This document shows, piece by piece, positions 1-8,026 of a stretch of 27,348 nt of DNA. The position numbers and the translations under genes were made by a program. Positions within the stretch are counted from its first letter, which is position 1; the number at the start of each line of letters is the position of its first letter. The notes beneath the pieces are model-generated. The model worked only from the letters and a program-made list of their open reading frames with translations. It was not told the origin of the DNA and did not search any database. Source of the DNA: a virus (lineage: Duplodnaviria; Caudoviricetes); IMG/VR virus record IMGVR_UViG_3300029823_000012, positions 1 to 27,348 of that record. One strand, written 5' to 3'.

Positions 1-2
1 AA

Positions 3-59
3 CCAGTATTTTTAACAGACGGAGAAAACATAGCAGTTATTTTGCCTATAAGATATTAA
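3..59 (+). CDS. 3' end of a hypothetical protein (partial)
   Basis: Frame 3 is open from the window edge: PVFLTDGENIAVILPIRY*. Confidence 0.5.
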   Translation, partial: PVFLTDGENIAVILPIRY

Positions 60-98
60 TTTCAAAATAATATGATTATAAAACGTGAAAATATTATA

Positions 99-137
99 CT
101 TGATTCTTTGGATATTGTAATAGAGCAAAGAATCAAG
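99..137. terminator. Hairpin, possible terminator
   Basis: Perfect 12-bp inverted repeat CTTGATTCTTTG-N15-CAAAGAATCAAG in intergenic DNA; no clear U-tract. Confidence 0.4.
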
Positions 138-227
138 AAAATGTCATACTGATTGTTTGGGTTTATTCCTTTATACATAAAAATGAAATTATTGATGGAG
201 AATATGAACAAGAATGAGGGTTAAATT

Positions 228-422
228 ATGAGCGATTATCAAAGAGGTCAAAATCATATGCGTGATACTGTGATAGCTATGTGCATTGGCTTTCAGAATG
301 CCCTTACAGTAGATGATAATGAAAATACATATAAGGCATATCAGAACGTAATTGACACACTAGAGAGCAGATACGGTGAGTTTATGAGTAAAGGAAGGGT
401 GATGAACTATGACGAGGAATGA
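228..422 (+). CDS. Hypothetical phage protein
   Basis: 64-aa ORF, GAGGG RBS upstream. Confidence 0.7.
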   Translation: MSDYQRGQNHMRDTVIAMCIGFQNALTVDDNENTYKAYQNVIDTLESRYGEFMSKGRVMNYDEE

Positions 423-642
423 GGTCTTCTATTGTGTGCTGAATGGTAAAAAGTATAACGGTGCTCCGGTATATATGGCATGGTATAAGACAGCCACAGA
501 TAGTAAAGAAAGATTGAAATTATTCCATACTTTGCGTGAGGTGAAACCGTGGATTATTTTACACCCTGATTATATATTGACGGCAGGCAGTTATAAAATT
601 CTTGGAATCTATGAACAGCAAGGAGAGTGTTTAAAATGGTAG
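409..642 (+). CDS. Hypothetical phage protein
   Basis: 77-aa ORF overlapping the upstream gene, purine-rich RBS. Confidence 0.65.
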   Translation: MTRNEVFYCVLNGKKYNGAPVYMAWYKTATDSKERLKLFHTLREVKPWIILHPDYILTAGSYKILGIYEQQGECLKW

Positions 643-755
643 AAATTATTACACTAATTGTATGTGCAGTATATGAAACTATTTATCATTATAATAAAGA
701 AAAGAAACGTGATCATTACGGTATTGACATTATGCATTGGGATTCAAGGTTGTGA
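636..755 (+). CDS. Small hypothetical protein (39 aa), not in ORF track
   Basis: AAGGAG RBS, ATG at 636, MVEIITLIVCAVYETIYHYNKEKKRDHYGIDIMHWDSRL*. Confidence 0.5.
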   Translation: MVEIITLIVCAVYETIYHYNKEKKRDHYGIDIMHWDSRL

Positions 756-756
756 C

Positions 757-785
757 TTGACAAACTGATATGGTAAGAAGATAAT
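757..785 (+). promoter_or_regulatory. sigmaA-type promoter for the ParB-like gene
   Basis: TTGACA-17-GATAAT. Confidence 0.6.
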
Positions 786-811
786 TGAAACATGAAAAGG
801 AGAGATAATTA

Positions 812-1618
812 ATGGAGAGTAGTAAATTTATTGAAGTTGGAAGAATTATGGAAACTAATGATTTGAGCTTTTTCAAACCAAGTATATTAAATAGAAATAT
901 CAGTAAATCACAAATAAACAAACTTAAAAAATCTATACAGAATTTTGGGCAACAAGATGAAATTAAAATCAAGCCAGACGGAACAATTATTGATGGGCAT
1001 CATAGATATTATGCCATTAAGGAATTGAATGAACAAGAAAATGCTGATTTAATGCTAAAATACACAGTAATCGAAGCCGAAGATGAAATTAATCTTATTA
1101 TAACTATGAATTCCACTCATCAAGATTGGGGAACAGCAGATTACATAAATATCTATGCTAAAAATAATAATAAGCAATATCAAAAAATAATTGAAATAGC
1201 TAAAAAATATAAGCAAACAACAACATCTGTTTTATCAACGATTTGTTTTGGTTCAGATATTAAAAGATTTAGAGAAAAAATAAAGAACGGGGAAGTGCTA
1301 GATTTTGCAAATTGGGATTTATTAGAAGAATATTATCAATATCTTGATACTTTGAAGCCATTCATTGTAATCAAAGAGAAGGTTAAGCAAATGTTGTTTA
1401 GACTATATACCCTTAAAGCATTTAATCCGGTTTCATTTTATAAAAATGTTTATAAAGAGTATGTAGAGACAAACAGGAAAATAAGTTTTAGTTTGTCTCA
1501 AAACGCTTGTAAAGAACAGTTACTATGGATTTATAATAAGGGAAAAAACAAAAATAGCAAAAGCTTTATTAATTTTCATAAGGATTCAGACGATAAAATA
1601 ATTATTGATGCAAAATAA
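812..1618 (+). CDS. ParB/Srx-like N-terminal domain protein
   Basis: NRNISKSQINKLKKSI...IIDGHHRY motif typical of the ParB/Srx fold; AAGGAG RBS. Confidence 0.8.
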   Translation: MESSKFIEVGRIMETNDLSFFKPSILNRNISKSQINKLKKSIQNFGQQDEIKIKPDGTIIDGHHRYYAIKELNEQENADLMLKYTVIEAEDEINLIITMNSTHQDWGTADYINIYAKNNNKQYQKIIEIAKKYKQTTTSVLSTICFGSDIKRFREKIKNGEVLDFANWDLLEEYYQYLDTLKPFIVIKEKVKQMLFRLYTLKAFNPVSFYKNVYKEYVETNRKISFSLSQNACKEQLLWIYNKGKNKNSKSFINFHKDSDDKIIIDAK

Positions 1619-1763
1619 TTGAGGTAGTCAAGAAATTATGATGAAAGTATTAGGAATGATGATGGATATTCTCTGGAAGAAATTGAGTGTGGTAATGATG
1701 TAACAGACGCATTCTGTGAGAATTTTGAAAAGAGATTTGGCAACACTAAGGAGAAAATTTGAA

Positions 1764-2009
1764 ATGATTATTGATGTGTGTTTATGGTCAGCAAACAAAT
1801 AGCAACTTGAGATGAATACAGAACGGTATCATAAAGAGTTTTCAGAGGATAAACGCTTGGAAGCTTTTAAAGATTTAGTTTCATATACTATTGGATGGGA
1901 TGAGTTGTATGATGTTGTTGTTACATATGATGATGGGCACGAAGATTATTATGCGGGATTAGCGTTTGAGCTAATGGTTAAAAATATGATTAGGAGTAGC
2001 AATAACTAA
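1764..2009 (+). pseudogene. Hypothetical protein with internal TAG at 1800-1802 (ORF track start 1812)
   Basis: AAGGAG RBS precedes ATG 1764, which is in frame with the 1812 ORF; 1812 lacks a good RBS. Confidence 0.5.
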
Positions 2010-2012
2010 AAT

Positions 2013-2474
2013 ATGAACATTGTTATTTTAGATTTGAATCAACGACTAAATGCCCAGTATTACTGTGATAAACACGTTGTTAAGCAGATTACAGAGTTTA
2101 ATCAGCTTTTATCGTCTGTTTATTATTTTATTGGCAATGTTCCAGAGATAGCATACAAGTTATATGGTAAGAATCATCCATGTGCAAAGTGGACGCGAGA
2201 ATCGCTTGCTAACTGGCTTTGGTTGCGTGATATGACGCTTGAATTGTGTAAGGAATATACTTACCGGTACGGCAAGATTCACAAGGGAGAGAGCGTGTGT
2301 AAGTCGTTACCATTGCCGTACATTAAAGATATTGGATTTACACCATTTGTACAGGTTATGCCAGAACAATATCGAGATAAGGATGTAGTGACAGCATATC
2401 GGAAATATTATAACAGAGATAAACGGAAACTGTTTCAGTGGACTAAACGTGATAAACCGGATTGGGTTATATGA
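2013..2474 (+). CDS. Pyrimidine-dimer DNA glycosylase / endonuclease V-related protein
   Basis: MNI..LD...AQYYCDKHVVK..E..QLLS, NHPCAKW.RES..NW.WL, EYTYRYGKIH and AYRKYY signature blocks. Confidence 0.8.
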   Translation: MNIVILDLNQRLNAQYYCDKHVVKQITEFNQLLSSVYYFIGNVPEIAYKLYGKNHPCAKWTRESLANWLWLRDMTLELCKEYTYRYGKIHKGESVCKSLPLPYIKDIGFTPFVQVMPEQYRDKDVVTAYRKYYNRDKRKLFQWTKRDKPDWVI

Positions 2475-2487
2475 GGGTTTTCTATTC

Positions 2488-2551
2488 CGCGAACAGCAAG
2501 GCATTTTAGTTGCAAGCAAATTCGCGAACAGAAATCAAGTTGAGTTGCAAG
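2488..2551 (+). repeat. Two-unit direct repeat CGCGAACAG-N11-AGTTGCAAG, period 35
   Basis: Blocks at 2488/2523 and 2508/2543 are exact 9-mers. Confidence 0.75.
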
Positions 2552-2563
2552 GGGTAATAAAAT

Positions 2564-2764
2564 ATGAAAAGTCAAGTTACGATTTATGATAAACACGATA
2601 ATAACTGCACAGAATATTTGAATTCAACGCCATTTGATGCATTGAATATTATATGTAAAATAAAAGGAGTTGTTGTGAACCGTCAGAGATTATTCAAAGT
2701 GAACAATGGGTATGAGATGAGTATGCCAAATGGAACAGTTTATAGTGCGTACTCATGTAAATAA
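2564..2764 (+). CDS. Hypothetical protein
   Basis: 66-aa ORF, AAGGGG RBS. Confidence 0.65.
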   Translation: MKSQVTIYDKHDNNCTEYLNSTPFDALNIICKIKGVVVNRQRLFKVNNGYEMSMPNGTVYSAYSCK

Positions 2765-2974
2765 AGTGCAAACATAATTATTATATCATAATTAACATAG
2801 GAAATATATTGAAAAATTAGATGTAGAATTAGTAGATAATTCATATAAATTGCCGAAATTGAAAGAAAATGTATAATTCCGCCAAAGCGGGAAAATAAGT
2901 GATATAATTTATTGTATAAATTACCAAGTATATTAATAATGATAACATACAACCTATATTTAGGTGATGATGTT

Positions 2975-3166
2975 ATGAAAGTATATCTAAAAGAAGTTAG
3001 GAAACAAAAGAAAATGACGCTAATGCAGCTAGAAGACCTATCGGGAGTTAGCAATTCTGAAATTAGGGATATTGAGAACGGCATTAAAACCCCGAGAATC
3101 AGTACGTTATATGTGCTAGCAAAAGCATTACAAATTCCGATAACGGCTTTATTTAGTTGTGATTAA
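2975..3166 (+). CDS. XRE-family helix-turn-helix regulator
   Basis: LKEVRKQKKMTLMQLEDLSGVSNSEIRDIENGIKTPRISTLYVLAKAL; AGGTGA RBS supports ATG 2975 rather than 2912. Confidence 0.9.
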   Translation: MKVYLKEVRKQKKMTLMQLEDLSGVSNSEIRDIENGIKTPRISTLYVLAKALQIPITALFSCD

Positions 3167-3171
3167 TGACC

Positions 3172-3193
3172 AAATGTGTCTTACGGCACATTT
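3172..3193 (+). terminator. Hairpin after the XRE gene
   Basis: AAATGTGTC-TTAC-GGCACATTT. Confidence 0.55.
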
Positions 3194-3214
3194 ACATAAA
3201 ATTTACATAGCCAG

Positions 3215-3243
3215 TTGACAAATAAAGTCATTTCGGTTATAAT
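3215..3243 (+). promoter_or_regulatory. Consensus sigmaA promoter
   Basis: TTGACA-17-TATAAT. Confidence 0.85.
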
Positions 3244-3251
3244 AGCATATA

Positions 3252-3263
3252 GAACATGAGTTC
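3252..3263. promoter_or_regulatory. Firmicutes LexA (SOS/Cheo) box
   Basis: GAAC-ATGA-GTTC immediately downstream of the -10 element. Confidence 0.75.
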
Positions 3264-3316
3264 GTTCCAATATAGGCTGTATTTGCAATTATGTTTGATG
3301 CATAGGAGGTATGAAA

Positions 3317-3706
3317 ATGAAAGAACTAATTATGGGGAATAAGAGTTTAGAAAATTTTATAATAGAACGTTTAAGTATTGAAAATTTACAAATTGAGCAA
3401 ATGAGTAGTGATGGGTATAATTTTGTGGTTCCAATTTGTAAAAAAGACAAAACAGATTTTGACTATAATTCATTAGTAAATTATATGTTATACAAATATC
3501 AAAAAGAGTCTGCCGAAAATATTAATGGACAGCCAAAAATTGAATTGCATTTTGAGGATGCAGGATATTACATAGCAGCATTTATTCCAATTGATAATTA
3601 CGGAGAAACAGAAACAGAATGTTATACTGAACCAATAAAATTGAGCAATATGTTTCAATCATTCTTTAACTGTTTAAATAACAATCGAGTGATTCGCAGG
3701 GTATAA
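3317..3706 (+). CDS. Hypothetical protein, probably SOS-inducible
   Basis: AGGAGG RBS (ATG 3317; ORF track 3311); monocistronic between the LexA-boxed promoter and a terminator. Confidence 0.75.
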   Translation: MKELIMGNKSLENFIIERLSIENLQIEQMSSDGYNFVVPICKKDKTDFDYNSLVNYMLYKYQKESAENINGQPKIELHFEDAGYYIAAFIPIDNYGETETECYTEPIKLSNMFQSFFNCLNNNRVIRRV

Positions 3707-3727
3707 TGGTAAATATAGGATATTATA

Positions 3728-3760
3728 TACACATAAGATTAAACCTTATATGTATTTTTT
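3728..3760 (+). terminator. Intrinsic terminator
   Basis: TACACATAAG-N7-CTTATATGTA followed by T6. Confidence 0.65.
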
Positions 3761-3789
3761 ATGCATATAAACAAAAGTATAAAATCCTA

Positions 3790-3818
3790 TTGACAATAAA
3801 ATATTAAAATGATATTAT
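3790..3818 (+). promoter_or_regulatory. sigmaA promoter of mazF with AAAATATTAAAA motif in the spacer
   Basis: TTGACA-17-TATTAT with extended TG; motif at 3798-3809 and again at 3833-3844. Confidence 0.7.
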
Positions 3819-3874
3819 AAATTCACAAACAAAAAATATTAAAAACAAAAATTAATTTGAGGAGATGCATTAAA

Positions 3875-4231
3875 ATGTTTGAAAATGTAATTACACCGAA
3901 GCGTGGAGAAATCTGGAATGTAATTTTTTCAAATGCTATTGGATGTCAGCAGGCAGGAGAGCGTCCAGCCGTTATTGTGTTAAATGATAAATCTAATATA
4001 TATAGTCCAATAGTTACAGTATGCCCTCTTACATCAAAAATGAAAAAGAATCCAGCTCATGTTTATTTGTCAGATTATGTTAATTGTGGGCTAAAAGAAC
4101 CAAGCACTATTCTTGTCGAACAAACGACAAGTATTAATAAATTTCAGATGAAACAGAGAATTGGAACTTTATCTGATAATAAACAGAGGTTACTTAACCG
4201 AAAGATTATGTTTCAACTTATTAAAAGTTGA
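3875..4231 (+). CDS. mazF: PemK/MazF-family endoribonuclease (no adjacent MazE)
   Basis: KRGEIW..GCQQAGERPAVIV.ND..N.YSPIVTVCPLTSK..P.HV..GLKEPSTILVEQ..SI.K; GAGGAG RBS supports ATG 3875. Confidence 0.92.
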   Translation: MFENVITPKRGEIWNVIFSNAIGCQQAGERPAVIVLNDKSNIYSPIVTVCPLTSKMKKNPAHVYLSDYVNCGLKEPSTILVEQTTSINKFQMKQRIGTLSDNKQRLLNRKIMFQLIKS

Positions 4232-4232
4232 C

Positions 4233-4267
4233 TTGACATATTTATACTGTTGTAGTAGTATAAATAT
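4233..4267 (+). promoter_or_regulatory. Promoter overlapped by a perfect 11-8-11 inverted repeat
   Basis: TTGACA-17-TAGTAT; ATATTTATACT-GTTGTAGT-AGTATAAATAT at 4238-4267. Confidence 0.65.
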
Positions 4268-4294
4268 ATAAATGTTAAATTAGAGGTGCTATGT

Positions 4295-5344
4295 ATGATA
4301 GACAATTTTTTTATTAATAAATGTGCCGCAGATTTTGAAATTCCACTTCAAACTATACAAAAAATGTATAATCCAGAGATAAAAGCTCATTTTATTTATG
4401 ATGAATATCAAGATAATGAGCCAGAAACGATTAGTGCGGTTGTAAACTTTTTTACCCTTATTGCGGATTATGAAGAAAAAGAAAGCAAAGATTTGATGAA
4501 TTTTGACATGGCAGCAATAGAAGGTGTATTCAAATATTTAAGAGTTGCTACAACTGCAACGTTTTATAATCGCAAGGCACTAATTAAAAAATATTTGATG
4601 TGGTGTATTGATAAAAGATACGTTAAAATAGATATATTAAAATACTTTGATGATTTAACATATGATAAGATTATAACAAAAGATAATATCCGGTTGAAAT
4701 TTTTTAAAGATATTGATGATTTATTGGCGTGTATTAATGCAATTGTGGAAAAATATAATCCTTATGATATTCATCAATATGATATAGTAATCACAACATT
4801 ATTGTTGAACTGGTGTGGTCTTGAATTGAAAGAAATTGTTAAATTACCTATATCTTCACTCAATTTTGATAAAAATGAAATTGTTCTGAAAAATATGGTT
4901 TATAAAATGCCAGAAAAGGTATCAAAATTTATCAAAAATTATTTAGATGAATCTGATTATACAGTATCTGTTGGTTCTAGAAATCATTTTAACAAATATT
5001 GGAAAAACACTGGATTGGTATTAAGAGCAACGAATTCAATGCAAAGTGATTATTATTCTATGAGTGGATTACAATCTAAAATTTCTCTATGGTTTAGAAC
5101 AAAAGTTGTAGAATTAGATAATAGTAATTATTATAAATATCATTCATTGTATTTGGTTGATATTCAACGGTCGGGGCAGTTTGATAGACTATATAAATAT
5201 GAACAAAAATACTCTGTAAGTATTGATGATATAAAAAAAGAAATATTTTTGAAAATTGTATGTAAAAAAACTCTTGATAATAATACTATGTTAAAAATTA
5301 AGGCAGATTATAAGAATTGGCGTAGAGTATTTTATGGTATTTAA
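4295..5344 (+). CDS. Degenerate tyrosine-recombinase-fold protein, MrpR/YopR-like phage repressor
   Basis: SAM-like N-domain (IKKYLMWCI); box I LLNWCGLELKEIVKL lacks the catalytic Arg; box II DIQRSG lacks the His of HxxR; C-terminal DYKNW; similarity to SPbeta MrpR inferred by eye. Confidence 0.7.
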   Translation: MIDNFFINKCAADFEIPLQTIQKMYNPEIKAHFIYDEYQDNEPETISAVVNFFTLIADYEEKESKDLMNFDMAAIEGVFKYLRVATTATFYNRKALIKKYLMWCIDKRYVKIDILKYFDDLTYDKIITKDNIRLKFFKDIDDLLACINAIVEKYNPYDIHQYDIVITTLLLNWCGLELKEIVKLPISSLNFDKNEIVLKNMVYKMPEKVSKFIKNYLDESDYTVSVGSRNHFNKYWKNTGLVLRATNSMQSDYYSMSGLQSKISLWFRTKVVELDNSNYYKYHSLYLVDIQRSGQFDRLYKYEQKYSVSIDDIKKEIFLKIVCKKTLDNNTMLKIKADYKNWRRVFYGI

Positions 5345-5368
5345 ATCAAATATATTAAAATTTAATTC

Positions 5369-5405
5369 AAAGGTTAATGGCTATGTATAAATGGCCATAC
5401 CTTTT
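5369..5405 (+). terminator. Intrinsic terminator
   Basis: AAAGGT..ATGGC-loop-GCCATACCTTTT hairpin. Confidence 0.6.
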
Positions 5406-5443
5406 ACATATAAAATAAAATATTAAAAATAGGTAATTTACTA

Positions 5444-5472
5444 TTGACTTTTGAATTAAGTTTTATTATAAT
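5444..5472 (+). promoter_or_regulatory. sigmaA promoter
   Basis: TTGACT-17-TATAAT; AAAATATTAAAA at 5417-5428 upstream. Confidence 0.75.
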
Positions 5473-5502
5473 GTAAATATAATTAAAAGAAGGTGTATAT
5501 CA

Positions 5503-6756
5503 ATGGCAGATGATGTAAAGCAAGAAGATAAAACAATAGTACAGAAAACTAAAGAAAACAAGATAGCTCCGCAAATTATTGCAGAAAGAAAAACTGTTGA
5601 ATTTAGATCATTAATACAACAAATCAATACACAGCAGATGACTGTTGGTGTAACATTACAAGGATTTTTACGTCAAAAAATCGAAAAGGAAGGTAAAAAA
5701 TTTCAACCTGAGCCTTTTATGAGAGTTCAACGTGGATATACTTGGAATAGGACAATGGCATCTAATTTTGTTTTTGCAATGATGTGTTTAACTGATATTG
5801 ATGAACCAATCAGATTTTATCATGAAGACATGACAAGCATACCTTTAAAATGCTTAAATGGGCAACAACGTCTTACAACTATATGGAAATTTGTAAACGA
5901 TTTGTTAATATTGGATATGCGAAAAATAGGATATAGTAAATTTATATATGATAATAAAATTCATAATGTGTCAGAAATTGATGGTAAAAAATTTTCTGAG
6001 ATACCAGAAGAATGGCAAGATAGGTTATTAAACAAAGGTCAAGATATTGTAATTTTGCATAATTGCACAGAGAAACAAGCTTGTGAGTTTTATAAACGAA
6101 TGAGCACTACTAATAAACCATTGCGCCCAATTGAAATTAGGCGTGCTGATATGAGTGATACAATGTATGAATTAGTCTATGAAAATTTCTTAAACAATTC
6201 TTGGACACGTCACGTTATGACAGCGAATTCAATTGTTGCGGCTTATGGATTGGATTTATCTACACAATTTCTTTCATTGGTAGCAAAAAATGAAGCAATG
6301 GAAATGTCTAGAGATAATATAGATAATATTATTCATGAGTTAAGTAATTTTGGAATAGACAAACGTATTAGAGGGGTAATATTAAATACAGCTTCATATT
6401 TAAATGAAACAACTCAGATAATGACTGATAATAAAAAATTGCAAGATAAAGAAAACCAAGAGAAGAAGAAAGGTGGTAGAAGAATTAGAAATTACAACAC
6501 ATATCGTTTTAAGATGTTTAAGAATAAAACAATATCATTGTCTTTTCTTTTAGCGGCTTGGTATGCACAAGAAAGGAAAGTAACTCCAGAAGTGTTTGCA
6601 AATTGGGCACCAAAATTCTTTGAGAATCCATCAGAGAAATATAAATCTTCTTTGGGAACTAACTCAACAAAAGTCGGCGATTTACCGAATGTTAGAATCA
6701 GGTTATCGGCATTGCAAGAGGAAATGGATAAATTGAAAAATAAATCGTCCAAATAA
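5503..6756 (+). CDS. DUF262 (GmrS-like, ParB/Srx superfamily) domain protein
   Basis: VQRGYTW, LNGQQRLTTI and FYKRMSTTNKPL match the DUF262 QR..W / DGQQR / F.R.N..G..L motifs; no HNH domain seen. Confidence 0.75.
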   Translation: MADDVKQEDKTIVQKTKENKIAPQIIAERKTVEFRSLIQQINTQQMTVGVTLQGFLRQKIEKEGKKFQPEPFMRVQRGYTWNRTMASNFVFAMMCLTDIDEPIRFYHEDMTSIPLKCLNGQQRLTTIWKFVNDLLILDMRKIGYSKFIYDNKIHNVSEIDGKKFSEIPEEWQDRLLNKGQDIVILHNCTEKQACEFYKRMSTTNKPLRPIEIRRADMSDTMYELVYENFLNNSWTRHVMTANSIVAAYGLDLSTQFLSLVAKNEAMEMSRDNIDNIIHELSNFGIDKRIRGVILNTASYLNETTQIMTDNKKLQDKENQEKKKGGRRIRNYNTYRFKMFKNKTISLSFLLAAWYAQERKVTPEVFANWAPKFFENPSEKYKSSLGTNSTKVGDLPNVRIRLSALQEEMDKLKNKSSK

Positions 6757-6760
6757 TTAT

Positions 6761-6786
6761 TAGGCAGATTGAAATATATGTGCCTA
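6761..6786 (+). terminator. Hairpin after the DUF262 gene
   Basis: TAGGCA...TGCCTA stem; weak U-tract. Confidence 0.4.
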
Positions 6787-6834
6787 TACATATATCCATA
6801 TCGTTAAAATATTAAAAATAATTTGAACTTTTTA

Positions 6835-6863
6835 TTGACAATTAAATTATCAAATGCTATAAT
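6835..6863 (+). promoter_or_regulatory. Strong sigmaA promoter of the tRNA operon
   Basis: TTGACA-17-TATAAT with extended TG; AAAATATTAAAA at 6806-6817. Confidence 0.85.
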
Positions 6864-6878
6864 ATAAATATAAAATAT

Positions 6879-6953
6879 TGGGTATTAGCGTAAGTGGTAG
6901 CGCACAGGATTTTGACTCCTGATGAAAAGGTTCGAGTCCTTTATACCCAGCCA
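6879..6953 (+). tRNA. tRNA-Gln (TTG)
   Basis: Acceptor TGGGTAT/ATACCCA, D-loop TGGTA, anticodon stem CAGGA/TCCTG with loop TT-TTG-AC, GGTTCGAGTCC T-arm, encoded CCA. Confidence 0.95.
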
Positions 6954-7151
6954 ACTCCAAATTATTTTCTTGATTTCTGATTGGAGTATAAATTTTAATA
7001 GAAAGCAAGATATTAAAATCACAGGAGCATAAAGACGAAATTCTCCAATACATATTTTAAGATTTACGGACTTTTGATTTGTGATTTAAATATGTAATCA
7101 TATTAGTTCATGTCTAATTAGTTACAAAATAATAAAGGAGTGTAATACATA

Positions 7152-7457
7152 ATGACAATTAACGTGGCAGAATTGAAATTTAATACAATGGAAGAAATGA
7201 AAGACTCAGCACATAACAATCTGTATAATGAAATTGGAGTGCAAACGATATTTGCTATTCCAAATATTGCAACGGCGACAATTTATTTTGTTTATACTCA
7301 AAATCTCATTGAATTTGAAATCGTATCAGATACACCTAACGGCGAAGATTTGTTATACGTAGAAGACGAATTAACAAAACAGGGATATAAAAATATTAAA
7401 AAGATTGTGACAGAAAAATATTATTCGATTATTAATTCGTTTACTGAAAAGGAGTGA
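7152..7457 (+). CDS. Hypothetical protein
   Basis: 101-aa ORF, AAGGAG RBS. Confidence 0.75.
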   Translation: MTINVAELKFNTMEEMKDSAHNNLYNEIGVQTIFAIPNIATATIYFVYTQNLIEFEIVSDTPNGEDLLYVEDELTKQGYKNIKKIVTEKYYSIINSFTEKE

Positions 7458-7460
7458 GTT

Positions 7461-7871
7461 ATGAACAGGCTTAAAAGATTGATAGAAGATAAAATTTACT
7501 ATTCAATTAAATATGGTTTTCAGCGAATGTTCAGAGGATATGATGACACAGAGGTCTTTGATTTTGATGTGGTTTTCATTAGAAAATTTACTAAAATCCT
7601 AACGAAGATTAAAGATAATAACGTATTAATATTCCGTAACGTAGACACGAATGAATATATGAGTGATGAAGAACAGGAGAAATTTTTAAACCATTGGATT
7701 GATTTACTTAAAAATTCAGATAAAGACGAATTGTATGAACAGAAATTTCTTAATAAGCAACATCATGGAGAAAGTTATCAAGAGTTTGTGTATTGTTCTA
7801 AGGCTGCGGAAAAGAACAGACATGAAGCACTTGAATTATTTGCAAAATATTTTGACCAACTATGGGAGTGA
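7461..7871 (+). CDS. Hypothetical phage protein
   Basis: 136-aa ORF, AAGGAG RBS. Confidence 0.75.
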   Translation: MNRLKRLIEDKIYYSIKYGFQRMFRGYDDTEVFDFDVVFIRKFTKILTKIKDNNVLIFRNVDTNEYMSDEEQEKFLNHWIDLLKNSDKDELYEQKFLNKQHHGESYQEFVYCSKAAEKNRHEALELFAKYFDQLWE

Positions 7872-7873
7872 AA

Positions 7874-7996
7874 CATGAATAATAAATTGAAATATTGGTG
7901 GGGAAATAAAGAACCTGAGTCAAACATGAAACTTTCAGATTCTATAGATACACCAGAGATTGAAAGACAGCAAGAAATTGCAGATATGATAAACTG
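7874..7996 (+). CDS. Small hypothetical protein (40 aa), not in ORF track
   Basis: GGGAG RBS, MNNKLKYWWGNKEPESNMKLSDSIDTPEIERQQEIADMIN*. Confidence 0.45.
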
Positions 7997-8026
7997 AATA
8001 AAAATTATCTTTATCAAAGAGAACCT

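Noticed and set aside
2488-2551. CRISPR mini-array
   Set aside because: Only two units of 9-bp blocks and no spacer-length unique segments
4286-5344. Active integrase, or the recombinase for the junction sites
   Set aside because: The box I Arg and the His of HxxR appear to be missing, so a repressor role fits better; binding to the sites is not excluded
5503-6756. Complete GmrSD type IV restriction enzyme
   Set aside because: No HNH/DUF1524 nuclease motif is visible
1800-6953. Amber (TAG) recoding with a suppressor tRNA
   Set aside because: The tRNA anticodon is TTG, not CTA; TAG ends the helicase and primase genes; long genes have no internal TAG
6919-7040. Hammerhead ribozyme (CTGATGA...GAAA)
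   Set aside because: CTGATGA lies inside the tRNA and the required stems are absent
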